A DNA stretch of 64,000 bases, taken from Raillietiella orientalis (taxonomy: Eukaryota). The notes beneath the pieces were generated by a model. The model was not told where the DNA came from and searched no databases. It saw only the letters and a program-made list of their open reading frames with translations. A program made the translations under genes and the position numbers. Below, in pieces: positions 49,623-61,318 of the stretch (its first letter is position 1; each line of letters starts with the position of its first letter). The DNA lies in the NCBI GenBank assembly GCA_036172245.1, contig JAYWIR010000074.1, positions 186,001 to 250,000 on the forward strand, written 5' to 3'.

Positions 49623-49905
49623 AATAATAATAAACTGGTCAGGGACAATGTCCCCAACCAACAGAACGACAGAGAACATAGAAAAATTACCGCCACGCAG
49701 GCCTGGTAAACAAACCGCTCGCAGCGTGGGGGGAATGAGGGGAAACAAACAAAAATCAAAAACTGGAGGGAAGGGAAAAGGTTTTTTGGTTAGGCTCCGT
49801 ACTCACGGGGATTTAAACGATGAGCACCTCAAATGTTCCGGAGCCTATGGGGACGCGGGTGTAAAAAGAAAATACAAATTTAGTTTATGGAGGGTAGGGC
49901 AATGA

Positions 49906-52900
49906 TCACCGGGTTGGCCGCTGATGAGGGTGTGTAAACCGGCGGTGTATTGCGGCGAAATTCCTCTTTGTCTCCTCTATCAAATGAGGCCATCTAGCGG
50001 ATGCTCCCATGTAGAAGGATGCTTTGCTGATTACCTCTTGGTACTGTCCGTTGATTACCAACGCCTGGCGGACGGAAACTATCGCGCGTATGCAACCGAT
50101 GGTTGCAATCCTTGCGCTTACTGAAAGCCCGCTCGGCGTGAAGAATCGTCGCAGCAAGTCTCTTGCGGTGTCCACGGGATGCAATAGTGCTGTTGCCAGC
50201 CTACGCCACAGTCCTTGTAGGACACCGCAGTCCAGAAGTAGGTGCGGAATCGACTCCTTCGATCCGCACCGAACGCAGTTCGCAGACGCAAGTCCCCCGG
50301 AGTCACGATGCCAACGCTCGTTGCACTGAAAACCCCAGTGAACGAAAAGCAGCACGGCTTGTTTCCAAGCAAGGGGGAGCAGCGAACTGTCCATACACTG
50401 TGGAGGGACTACAAGTTCTTCGGGGGTGACAGCAAGTTCTTCTGCCCACCGGAGAAGTCCCTTTGCAGTAGCACGAGGAGTGGCGGCGTCCGCCAACTCA
50501 CTTGTCTTCCAGGTGCCAAGGAGTTTGGTTCTTCCCGCTATCGTGCAGGAAACCTCCCACCTCGCCGGTTGGTAACTGTCGTTTCTTGCCCTGAGGGCAG
50601 ACAGCGCTGCGGCAAGAGGCGGGGCAGCCAGGGTAGAAAACTTCACCTCGTCCTGCAGTACTTCTTCCAAGGATCGTGGAAAAAATTGGCGCAGGGGGCG
50701 AAGATCTTCAGGGCGTATTCCTTGGAACGCCGCCCAGGATTCAACAGACTCCTGCCGCCAAGCTTCAAAGTTCATTGGGCGGCAGGAGATCCAAGAGTGT
50801 GCTTCCAGAAGTGCGGTCAACTGCCGCAATGGAAACCTGAAACCCCGCTTCCTGTATTGAGTGCCCGGCAAAAGCGAGAGAAATCCTCCGCTGCCGGCGC
50901 ATCTCCGCAGGAGAATGCGAGCTGGCACACACAGGGGGGAGGTCCATAGCTGGGCACACAGTGCCAGCAGTCGGAACTGCACCTGCAGTCCGATTCGCTC
51001 CATTGTCAGGATACCCAAACCAGCATCCCGACGCGGAGCTGACAAATCTTTAAGGCGGATCCTGGATCTCGCCGGACCCCAGAGAGCGTTCCTGAGCAGG
51101 CGCTTAGCCCGCTGTTTTGCCGCATAGGGGGGGTCCAAAACAAAAAACAGGGGCCGGAGGAGGGGGGCCACAAAGGTGTTCCAAATAGTCGCCCGTTCCT
51201 GCAAGGTAAACTTGCCGTTAAAGAACGGGCTGATGGCCAACTCTGCTTTCTGAAGACAGTCCGCCCACGCTCCGGCTGCGCCGAAAGCGCCCAACGGAAC
51301 GCCAAGGTACTTAAAGTACCCGCCCGTGGGGATCCCCAGGCGGATCCAGTCGGACTGCCCCTCCCACGACGTACCCACAGGAACGACCACGCTCTTCTCT
51401 CTGTTCACGCTCACGCCCGCTCCTCGACGAATCAGGTCGAAGAAATCCTCGACACTGGACGCCGGGGTGGACATGGGGAGCAGAAGAAGCAGGTCATCAG
51501 CGTAGGCGGCCACGGCAGGCGTTCCCGGGCAGGAGCTTGGCAAGGGAGACAGCGTCAGCCTGTATGCTCTTAGCACCAACTCAAAGAAGATGCTGAAGAG
51601 CAACGGGCTTAAGCTGTCGCCCTGTCGGATGCCCCTACGAACGGGAATACCATACGCGCGGCAGCCGCTAAAAGTGATGCAGGTTAGCGCGTGGCGCCAG
51701 CACGCGCGCAAATACAGCAGGAGTTGCGCCGGGAACCCAAGGCGTTCCATAAGCTCCAAAAGCAGCTTCTGGTTTACGCAGTCGAACGCCTTGGGGAGAT
51801 CGACCGCGACCGCCAAGGCACCTGGCGTTCCCTCCTGCCGTCGGCGCCTGTTCTTTTTGCCTGCGGCAGTGACTTTCGCAGCAGCCTGGCTTTGCTGCGC
51901 CACAACTTCCTGCAGCTGCATCCATGTACGCGCGAAAAGGATGTTCGCCTCCATGGATCGTCCCGGAACCGCGTAGGTTTGTTCCGGGCTCACCACAGAT
52001 TCCGCGATTCTTCCTAACCGCGCGACTCACAGCTTGGAAAACAACTTGACGTCCGAGTTCACCAAGGTGATCGGACGCCAGTTGTTAAGTTGGCGCAAGT
52101 CTCCGCCTTTCGGCAGGAGACGCACCTTCGCTGAGCGGAAGGAATCAGGGACATTCCCGGATTCACTCATCAGCGTCGCGAGTTTCAGCATCAAAGGAAT
52201 GAGCTCCACTGCAAAGCACTGATAAAACTCTGCAAGAGCCCATCCTCGCCTGGCGCCTTTCGTCTCTTCAGCCCAGCGATGGCGGACGAAAATTCATCCG
52301 CCGTGAAGGGCTCGTCGAGACGTTCGCGTTCCTCCTCGCCGACAACACGAGCATCCTGAGACAGGAGTATCTCAGAAAGAATATCCTCCGTCGGGGAATC
52401 CGCGTAGAGCGAGGAGTAGTAGCGTCTCACAATGCGGCGTACTTCGGCTGGGGCCGAACATTCCTGGCCTTTGTCGTCCAACAGGCATGCTGCTCCGGAC
52501 TGCCAGACCTGGCGCTCGGCCCTCGCCTTGTACTCTGCGAGACGCCCGACATCCGCGCGTCTCGAAAACGTGCGGGCCTGCAGAAAGTCTCTCCTGTTGG
52601 CCACGCCCTCTCCGAAACCGCGTGGAAGCCGGTGCAAGGGGAATTGGCAGCAGAACTCGCGGACAGATCTTTTGAGATCGTCCCAGTCCGCAAGTTCTTG
52701 AATGGCAAAGCCTCGGAGGTATCCACGTAGATGCTCCGCAGCCTCCGGTTGGCTAAGCCAATCTGCCTGCATCCTCCAGTTTTGCAACGGAGGCCCCCTG
52801 CCTGGCGGAAGGATCTCAAACTCCAACCTGTGGTGGTCAGAAAGCCTAGTCAACAATCTTCCTCTCCTGCCCACACGCGAATGCAGGTTTTCATCGAGGA

Positions 52901-53498
52901 AAACGTGATCGAGCGATCTTTCCATTCCAGGTTCGCTGACCATCAAGTTGGCGGCGTGCACGGACGCGCACATCTCGATGGGCAGCGCGCGTTCCCTCGG
53001 GCGGCTCCAATCGTCGGAGAGCAGGCGGACGTTGAAGTCCCCAGCGACGAGGTGCGCCACTTGGAAACCGGAGTTATTGAGCCAGTGGCTCTGCACCTCA
53101 CCAAAGAAAGCTACTCTTTCTTCGAGGTAGCGAGAGCCACTCGGCGCGTAGACGTTCGTAACGACGAGATCGATGGACTCGGACCACTTGATGACAAGCT
53201 GGCCTATCCGTCCGTTGTCATCGAAACGAACACTGCGCACCGCTTCCGCCATTTTTCCTCTTACGAGGAACGCGACGCCGCACGTGTGTGCGCCGCCGCA
53301 CCGCCAATGTAGCGTTCCGCCTGCGCGCTCCTCGATTTCGGCTGCCTGCTCGTCGGAGATTACGTGAATCTCCTGCAGCAACGCGAGGTCGAAGGGGCGC
53401 AGGGCGTTGGCTACTAATCGCCTCTTCTCGTCGTTCTGCAGTCCGTTCACGTTCCAACACGTTACGGACAGACGACGAGAAGACGCGATTCCCCGCAT
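49906..53498 (-). pseudogene. B1 ORF2 (~1200 aa APE-RT-zinc finger); one frameshift (~52235) and one TGA (52027-52029)
   Basis: ORFs 52191-53498, 52027-52209 and 49906-51996 join into one protein: WNVNG, LQEIH, NVYAP, GDFN, LDH, SDH, WRPITLVNSDVK, GIRQGD, YADD, KYLG, CVRC...H...C. Confidence 0.93.
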
Positions 53499-53503
53499 TA
53501 CTG

Positions 53504-55444
53504 CTAAGAAGGTGGCGGCTTTTTGCTCGCTTTATCCGGCGAGCAGACGGCGAGCAGCACGACTGGCTGGAGGGGACGGTCGCCACCGTCCTCTGTCGTG
53601 CTGCATGCATGTAATGCTTCCACGCCAGGCTGAACCCCGTCGGGTTTCGTGGAGACTTCGCGTGGCTTCGCGGCGAGCGTTGCCTGGCTGCCTACTTTTG
53701 ATCGGCGCGCACACGCTTTCGAACGAGTTGTCCTCTTCTCGGTGATCGGAACGGCATCCATTTCGGAGTCCGACCGGCGCATGTTCGATCGGATTTCGGC
53801 CTTCCGCGAAGCAGTGACAGGTTCTGCTGGATTGACAGCTGTCCTGTTTTCGTTTTCCGTCACCAGGGCATCGCTTTTGGTGACGGCTGCTTTCCCGGCG
53901 CGCGCGTTTTCCGCGTGCTCACGCGCAGTTGCACGAGGGACCTTTGCTGAAGTCTTCTTTACTTCATTACGGTTCCTCACTTCGCGTGGCGCCGTAAATG
54001 GAGATTGTGCTCCATGGCCATCTTTGAAGCCATCCGCGTCTTTGGACGGGAGCCCTTTCGATGGCTCCGACACGCTCGTCATGGACGCTGCTTTCGGAAG
54101 GGCTTTTAATCCCTTCGTTGGCATGGCATCCGCGCCAGTCGAGAGCTTGCTCTCCGACTGCGACGGCGTGAGATTTTTGTCCGCTTTCGCGGTGTTGGAT
54201 CGCGACGCGGATTTTTTTTTTGCCGACTTTCGAAGTCGACACGGCACAACCCTTCTTACCCGATTTGGGCTTCTCAGCACTGCAGGAGGTGAAGGAATCG
54301 ATCTGACGGTACTGGAAATGTCCTTACCGCCGTTGTCCATTGACGTCCCCGCCGGTTGCTCGAACTCCGAAAGAGCCGGGCGTGCTTGGGAAGGACAGCT
54401 ATTGCGCCTAGGGGGACTTACCATTGCCCCGGATTCCCCGCACCCTTTCTTTTGCGGCTCCCCTGCCGCGAGAGGGGGTGCGCAGGGCTTCGCGTGCGAT
54501 GTTTCCTGCTGCTTTGGGGCGACATTCCGCCTCGCGTTTTTACCGAATTTCTGCCGTGGGGTCTCCAGGTTTTTCGCAGATTTTTTCTTTTTATCCGCGC
54601 TTTGTTTTTTAAAATTGAGCTCCGCGGCTGCCTTTTTTCGCAAAAGATCCGGGCAATTTTTCAATTGGTGCCCGGATAGTTTGCAATAACGGCATTTTCC
54701 AGAGGGGCATTTATCCAAACAATGCCCCTCGTTCCCGCATTGCTCGCACGTTTTTACTTTGCCCACGAACCACAGGTGAACGACCGTGTCATTCACCTGT
54801 AGTTTGGTAGGCAGCAGACGGCGGTCCGGCATTGTAAGCCGGACTCCAGCGACTCCGCTGTGTATGGACGGGAAGTCCTTGAGGTTGCTACGCACCCTCC
54901 ACAGCGCATGGACCGTGGCGAATTTCGCCAACGCGTTCCGAATATCAGTATCGGAGATTTCCGACTCGATGTCGAAAATCTCCACCACAAATGAGTCGTC
55001 CATGGCGGCCGGGAAGACCTTCTGGCCACGGATCGACAACGGGGTGCGCAGCAAACGTTGCACAAGTGCAGCGTCTTTGCAACGCACCTTGAAATAGCCC
55101 ATGTCTTTTACGGGCATAATGGCGAGAAGGTCCTCCTCCCGCACGCCAACACGGGTCAGTTCATCGTTGAACTGATTCCCGTCGCGCGCAGAACGAAAAC
55201 CACTCACCTTATATCGGAGAGCAGGTCTATAGCCTTGGGCTACGTATGCCCGCAACTCCGACTCGTCGAGTGGTTTCCCTTTGACGGCTGCTGTGGCAGC
55301 AACGTCAGCAAAACTCCTCTCCATTGGCGAGAAAGACGAAGTGGAGGCGGCCGTCGGTTCCGCGATTGCAGATCCGGATGCTGTTCCTCCAACTTCAGTA
55401 GCTTCAAGTTGGGTCGACATCGTCGTCAAAATGTACGACGCCAA
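53504..55444 (-). CDS. B1 ORF1, 646 aa, nucleic-acid-binding protein with two CCHC knuckles and a long low-complexity tail
   Basis: Open frame; CEQCGNEGHCLDKC and CRYCKLSGHQLKNC. Confidence 0.9.
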   Translation of the reverse strand: MASYILTTMSTQLEATEVGGTASGSAIAEPTAASTSSFSPMERSFADVAATAAVKGKPLDESELRAYVAQGYRPALRYKVSGFRSARDGNQFNDELTRVGVREEDLLAIMPVKDMGYFKVRCKDAALVQRLLRTPLSIRGQKVFPAAMDDSFVVEIFDIESEISDTDIRNALAKFATVHALWRVRSNLKDFPSIHSGVAGVRLTMPDRRLLPTKLQVNDTVVHLWFVGKVKTCEQCGNEGHCLDKCPSGKCRYCKLSGHQLKNCPDLLRKKAAAELNFKKQSADKKKKSAKNLETPRQKFGKNARRNVAPKQQETSHAKPCAPPLAAGEPQKKGCGESGAMVSPPRRNSCPSQARPALSEFEQPAGTSMDNGGKDISSTVRSIPSPPAVLRSPNRVRRVVPCRLRKSAKKKSASRSNTAKADKNLTPSQSESKLSTGADAMPTKGLKALPKAASMTSVSEPSKGLPSKDADGFKDGHGAQSPFTAPREVRNRNEVKKTSAKVPRATAREHAENARAGKAAVTKSDALVTENENRTAVNPAEPVTASRKAEIRSNMRRSDSEMDAVPITEKRTTRSKACARRSKVGSQATLAAKPREVSTKPDGVQPGVEALHACSTTEDGGDRPLQPVVLLAVCSPDKASKKPPPS

Positions 55445-55480
55445 GATGAAGCGGATGAAAGCACGGAGACGAGAGCGAAG

Positions 55481-55491
55481 AAAAACACGTC
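55481..55491 (-). promoter_or_regulatory. Conserved 5'-end motif GACGTGTTTTT (candidate internal promoter element)
   Basis: Recurs close to the 5' end of ten elements in the window; function inferred. Confidence 0.55.
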
Positions 55492-57810
55492 CGCACTCGA
55501 TTGAAATCTCCCGCTATCAGGTGAGCCTTTCGTACATTGGTATCCGCCAGCCAGTCACGCTTCAGGGTTTCTAGCAGCCAGGTGAGGTAGCAATACCCTT
55601 GTTTGCCGCTGGGGCAATGCACGTTTTTGACGATTAGGTCAATCGATTCGGACCAGCTCAGAATCAGCTGACCGATCCGAGCGTCCTCATCAAACCGCAC
55701 GCCCTTTACGGCAGCGTCGATGGCTGGCTTGACAAAGAACGCGACCCCGCAGGTGTTGCGGACGCCGCACCGCCAATACAACCGACCCCCCGCGATCGTG
55801 TCGATCTACTGGGCGTCTGCCGCGGTGATCACATGGATCTCCTGCAGCAGGGCCAGGTCGAGCTCACGCAGGGTGTCGGCCGTATCTTGTCTGTTGCCGT
55901 CGTCGCGCAGCCCATTGACGTTCCAACAGGCCGCGCGAATTCGACGGCGCCTGGCGAGCCCAGCTGTTAGCCCTTGGAAAACGGCGATGCGGCGTCCGCC
56001 ACCTGCTGGGGCGGGACGCTAGCAGGAAAGAGAAAGGTGACAGGTACTGAAGGCACCTGTTCCTCCTCCTCCATCGGTGGCGGCGCGTCGGCCGGATCAC
56101 CGGGAGGTGTAGTCACGCCTATCTGTTCGCCCTCCTCCATGGGTTCGGGCTGCTCAGGTATCGCGACTGCAGGGAGGACTTCGCCCCCTGCTCATGTCCT
56201 CCATGGGGGTGGCCGACTTGACGGCTTCCGGGTGTGGGTGTTCCCCCTCTGGGATTTCCATGCTGCCGCTTCCTTCCAGCTTTTCCTCCTCGCTGGTAGA
56301 GGGGAGGCGCCTCCTGGGTTTCTGGGACTTGCGTCCCTACTTCCTGGGGGGTGCCTCCGAGGAGAAGGATGAGCTTTTGGCCCCCAGGTCGCACTCACCT
56401 GCGGGGGCCTTCTTCGTCGGAGCTGACCTGCGTACGCCCTTGCGCGACGGGGTTTCGCACTCGGCGAGCGTTGCTGCGAGCTCCTCCTCCGCTTTCTCGA
56501 AGCCCGCGTCTTCGCCAGCGGCGACGGTTGCCGCGGGCTGCTCCGCGACCTTATCGAGGGCGGCGTCATCGCTGTTTTGCGGACATTGCCGCGGGCGGCC
56601 TCGGCAGGAACGGCTAAACTTTCCAGTGCCACCGAGCATTCGCGGAGTTGTTTCTTTGAAAGCGGTGCAGCTTTTTTCTTTTTGCCGACAGTTTTCTTCT
56701 CCGACTTTTCTCCTGCCATCACTTTCTTTGTTTTTCCTTTTCTGGCCTGAACCAGCTGTTAACCCTTCTCCATCCCCGCGTCCACGGGAGCTCTTTCCTC
56801 CGACGCCTGCACGGGAGGAAAGGAGGCTGTCAGTTGGGAACGGCCATTTTCGCGAACTACTCTTTCTATTAGCTTTCCACGTTTTCCCTGCGCCTTTTTG
56901 GCGGCAGGGGGCACCGGGATAGGGCGCTTTGGGCACACGCGCCGAACGTGACCCTTTTCCTCGCATAGGAGGCACACAATGTTCGGGCACCTTTTTCGTA
57001 GATGCCCTACTGCATTTCAGTAGCCACAAAATTTGCGTTTCACCTCTTACCAGAGGTCCACCGCTTCTTGGCAGACCTCCAGCTTGTGGGGAAGCGCACC
57101 ACCCTTTTTTACGGTGATACGCGCCGCAGCTCGACCTCCGAAAATGCTATTGTAGCCTTGGAAAATCGTGGACTACGGCCACAACGCGTGCACTTCTGCG
57201 TGCTTTTCTAACTGCTCGCGAACCGCTGACCTAGTCATGCGATTGGAGATCCCAGTGAGATGGACCACCACCGAGCGGTCCATCGTCACCGGCAAGATCT
57301 TTCAACCATCAACGATCAGCGGGTCGGTGATCAGGCGTCGGGCAAAGGTGATATCTTTGCATACCACCTCGACCCGCTGCCCGTCGCTGAAGACAGAGAG
57401 GCAGTTAGGATTTTTTTCGAAGATATTGGCGTTCTGCAGCGCCTTCTTAAAGGCGTGTGCAGTTCGCGCATCAAAAAGGTTGCCTAACTTTTAGACTAGC
57501 GAGGGTTTATACCCCGCTTTCTTGTAGGCTTCCATCTCAACCATGGCTTTCACGCTAGGCGCGGCCACCATGGCGCTCCATGACCTCGGCGTCGCCGGGG
57601 ACGATTCCGGGGCGGATGCTTCTGATTCAGTAGGCTGTGGGGACGAACTAGCCTACCCCACGCCTACTTATATCGCGGTGTCCTCTGGCAACGCTGCCAT
57701 CGGACACCGACGATGTGCACGCACAAACCACTCAGCAAAAAACCACTCGCCTTGCCACGCAGGCGGAGCGCAAAAAAAGCACGTCTTCTCTCCACAGAGG
57801 GGATTTGGAG

Positions 57811-58392
57811 TTGCCACCCGGGTACGCCCGGCGCGTTTATTTATAAAAACTCTACAATCGCGGTACCAGGCCCCGCTCACGGCCTTATGCACGGGACCTA
57901 CCGGGACGCCGGGACGCAGCCCGGCGTGGCACTCCCCTACAGCGAAAGGGGATGGGGTAAAACAAAAATAAACACAAAAACGCAAACAAACAAAAGAGGT
58001 TGGAGGGAAGGGAAGGGATCACTGTTCGCTGAGAGGAGGGCCCATCCGTTGAAGGAAGCATTCGAGGTCCATCCGAATATTCCCCAGTTGGGGCCATCCA
58101 GCAGCTCTCTGCAAGAAGCGTTGGGCTTCCATCTCGGCAATGGCTTCTACGCTAGGCGCGCCCACCATGGCGCTTCATGACCTCGGCGTCGCTGCGACGA
58201 TTCCGAGGCGGATGCCCCTGATCCAGTAGGCTGTGGGGACGAACAAGCCTCCATACGCCTACTTTCATCGCGGTGTCCTCTGGCAACGCTGCCATCGGAC
58301 ACCCACGATGTGCACGCACCAACCACTGAGCAAAAAACTACTTGCCTTGCCACGCAGGCGGAGCGCAGAAAAAGCACGTCCTCTCTCCACAA
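57811..58392 (-). mobile_element. ~580-bp internally deleted lineage F derivative with both termini
   Basis: 58127-58392 matches the F 5' end (57527-57797); 57811-58126 matches the F 3' end (41493-41811); flanked by 13-bp target copies. Confidence 0.88.
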
Positions 58393-61318
58393 AGGTGATT
58401 TGGAAAAGGGTCTTGCTACAAAAAGGCGTATTTGCACGCCCGTCGTTTCGCAAGGACCCCTGACGTCCGTCGCTTGGCGAAATACAAAGCCGAAGCCGAG
58501 CGTCAAGCATGGCAAACAGGACCGCCCAGCGTGCTGGACTATTTGGACCAGGAACACTTGAAGCCGGCTTCGATACGTCGCCTCTTGACGGATTTTACTC
58601 CTCTCTTTACGCAAGGGCACCTGCGGAGTAGGACGCTTCGCGGCGCCTGCTCCCAGATGGAGCCACGGCCATAGGGGAGGAGGAAATAAAAAGCATCGAC
58701 GAGCCTTTTACGTCCGGTGAAATCATCACCGCGATTAAAAGGCTTGAAGGGCGTAAGGCGCCTGGGGAGGACGGCCTGCCGGCGGAGTTCTTTCAGATCT
58801 TCGTCGCAGAGCTGACCCCCCTGGTGCTCAAATAGACATCGCTGATCCGACACCAAGGCGATATTCTTTCCTCGTTTCGGTCAGCCAGGGTGAGGCCCCT
58901 TCCTAAGGGAGGAGACCTCAGGAAATTAAGCAACTGGCGTCCGATCACGATAGTGAACACGGACGCCAAGTTGCTGGCCGGACTGTGGGCTGCGCGACTG
59001 GAACAGGTAGCTGACAGCTTCGTCAGCCCGGAACAGACGTACGCTGCTCCCGAGCGAAGCATGGAAGCGAACCTGTTCTTCTCCAGCACTTGATTCAACC
59101 TTGAACAGGAAGAAAAAGAGAAGAAAAAAGAACAAAATGACTACAAACCTAATTTGGGAACGCCAGCACGGCAAACAAGGGACTGCCGGGAAGGGAAGGG
59201 TGCTTTAGCGAGCGCAGTCGATCTCCACAAAGCTTTCGACTGCGTGGAACAGGAACTCCTTTTGGAGCTCCTAGATCGCATAAGCTTCCCGAACCCTTTA
59301 GTGGCTTACCTGCCCGCCTGCTGGCGCAACGGAATCATTAAGGTATCTTTTAGAGGACAGCATGTGTTCGGCGTACCGGTGAGGCCCGGCATCCGGCGGG
59401 GCGACAGCCTGAGTACCCTACTCTTCAGCACCTATTTCGAAGTGGTGCGGAGACCATACAGGGTGACATTGGCTGCCCTGCCAAGCTCGTGTTTAGGTAC
59501 ACCGGCCGTACGCTCACGATCTTTTGCTCCTGCTGCCAATGTGTGCCCCGGCTTCGGCAGTCGAAGATTTCTTCGAATTGTTGAGCCGTGGGACAGGACT
59601 ACAGGTGAACAGGACGAAGTCATCGCTGGTTACTGTTGGTGCTACGTGGGCAGAACGACCTGATTCGATCCGCTTGGGGATCCACACGGACAGGTACTTC
59701 AAGTACCTCGGCGTTCCGTTGGGAGACTTCTGTCAGTCAGAAGCCTGGTCAGTTTGTCTCCAAAAAGTGGAGTAAGCGATTGGCCCGTTCCTGGAAGGCA
59801 AGCTATACTTTCCGGAACGGGCCGCGGTGTGGAACGCGATCGCAGCCTCCCTCCTTCGCCCTCTGCTTTTTGTTTGCCCCGTACCCGGTGAACTGAAAAA
59901 AAGAACAAAGGACCAACTACGCATTGCCCTGTGGGCGGCAGGGGGCCTCGTGTGCCTTTAAACGATTTGTGCGCTCCACGTCGGGACGGAGGTCTTAGCG
60001 TCCTCACGATGGAGCGAATGGAAACACAGCTGCGGTGGCGCACTCTAGCCATCGTAGCGAAAATGTGGAACACCCCTTGATGCGTTTCAGCGCGCCTTCT
60101 TGCTAGATGTGTGTCCAAGACTGAAGGACTTGCGTCTTTTCTTCTGTGATACGGCCGGAAAATAAGAAGATGCGGACTTCTCCTGGGACGCATGGTTACC
60201 CTGGCAAAGGAGAACGGGTGGATGGCCTGCAGCCCCGCCAACTCCAGCGCATGGCTGGAAGAAACATTTGGAACGTGGGCAAAGATGAAACACATCAGTG
60301 GAGAATGCTGCAACGGCCTGCGCTCCGGCATCTAAACCCGCTGCACGCTGCGGAACATGATCGAGTGTCCAGCCAGAAGCACTTGGGCGGAGATGACTCC
60401 ACTGGCAACGGCTCTGCCCTTCCTACGAAGGGCGCTTCATAACAGCCGCAAGCCGAGATGGCAAGTCTCCTGCCGGATAGCGGGCAAAGAGAAGGATCTG
60501 ACTGGGTGGACCATAAGGGAGCTGGCTAACGCCGCGACCCTAAGAGTTCACCCGCATGGACTACGAAGATGGGGCGAGCTGCTTGGCATCACGACGGATG
60601 ACCTAGAGTGGCCCCCGTCGTTAATTGATTCATCCATCGTTTCCCTGAAGTGGCAGAATTCGGCGCTGTTGTTGTTGCACTGGGGTCTTCCCTGCAACGC
60701 GCGCCGCCACCACTGGACGTGGGGGAATGTTAAACAGAACTGTGCAGTGTGCGGGGAGAAGGAATCCCTCCCCCATCTGTTAGTAAACTGCACTGCCCTC
60801 CGGCCCTTTTTGGAACATTTTGCTACGAACCTTTCAATGCCGAAAGGCAGCACCCCCAGAGACGTTATGAGACTCCTCTTCGTGCGACACGCCCTGACAC
60901 CAGCCTCAGCCCTGGCAGCACTTTGTGGCCACCCAGGGATTGTGGCCGCGTGGAGCGCAGCCAGCAGAGGAAGCAGCGACAGGGATCCCATCGTACACGC
61001 TGGTCGATACCTGCGAATCGCGATCGGCTGGTCCCATCTGGGAACAATGCAGAGGGACATCGAGGGCATCCTCGAAAGGATGGTCTCTTCCTCCAGCGGG
61101 CTGTGATCCCTTCTGGTCCCTCCAAATAATTTCTTTTCGTTTATTTCTTTTATTTTTCTTTTTGTTTTTACCCCGTACCCCCTCCGCTGCCGAGGGAAGT
61201 CATGCCGGCATGCGAGTTGGCTTCCCATCAGGTCCAAAGAACTATTTACCGTAGCGGGGCCTCTTACCGCGAAAACATAGTGTTTAGCAATAAACTTCCC
61301 GGCGTGACCGGGTGAAAA
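58393..61318 (+). mobile_element. Lineage E host, part 3 (linker, RT, zinc finger, 3' end)
   Basis: Resumes at the GFG linker; WRPITIVNTDAK, DLHKAFD, KYLG, CAVC...H...C; terminus 61289-61318. Confidence 0.85.

Larger units (their letters stand above)
49593..55499 (-). mobile_element. Near-intact full-length lineage B LINE (B1, ~5.9 kb)
   Basis: Open ORF1, ORF2 with two lesions, both termini, flanked by ATTTCAAT (minus strand) at 55500-55507 and 49585-49592. Confidence 0.93.
41493..57797 (-). mobile_element. Lineage F LINE, both ends present; hosts D1, B2 and B1; middle deleted
   Basis: 5' GACGTG 57780-57785; decayed ORF1 ~57660-56000; APE ~55950-55500; RT/C-terminus 43599-41700; GTGGCAA terminus at 41493; 13-bp TSD at 41480-41492 and 57798-57810. 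Confidence 0.8.

Noticed and set aside
49906..51996. YADD RT as group II intron, retron or DGR
   Set aside because: An upstream APE domain, a zinc-knuckle ORF1, AATAAA ends and TSDs identify a non-LTR retrotransposon.
53649..54689. Long antisense ORFs (also 48059-48865, 27869-28972, 35400-35984)
   Set aside because: Shadows of low-complexity ORF1 tails; no recognisable motifs.
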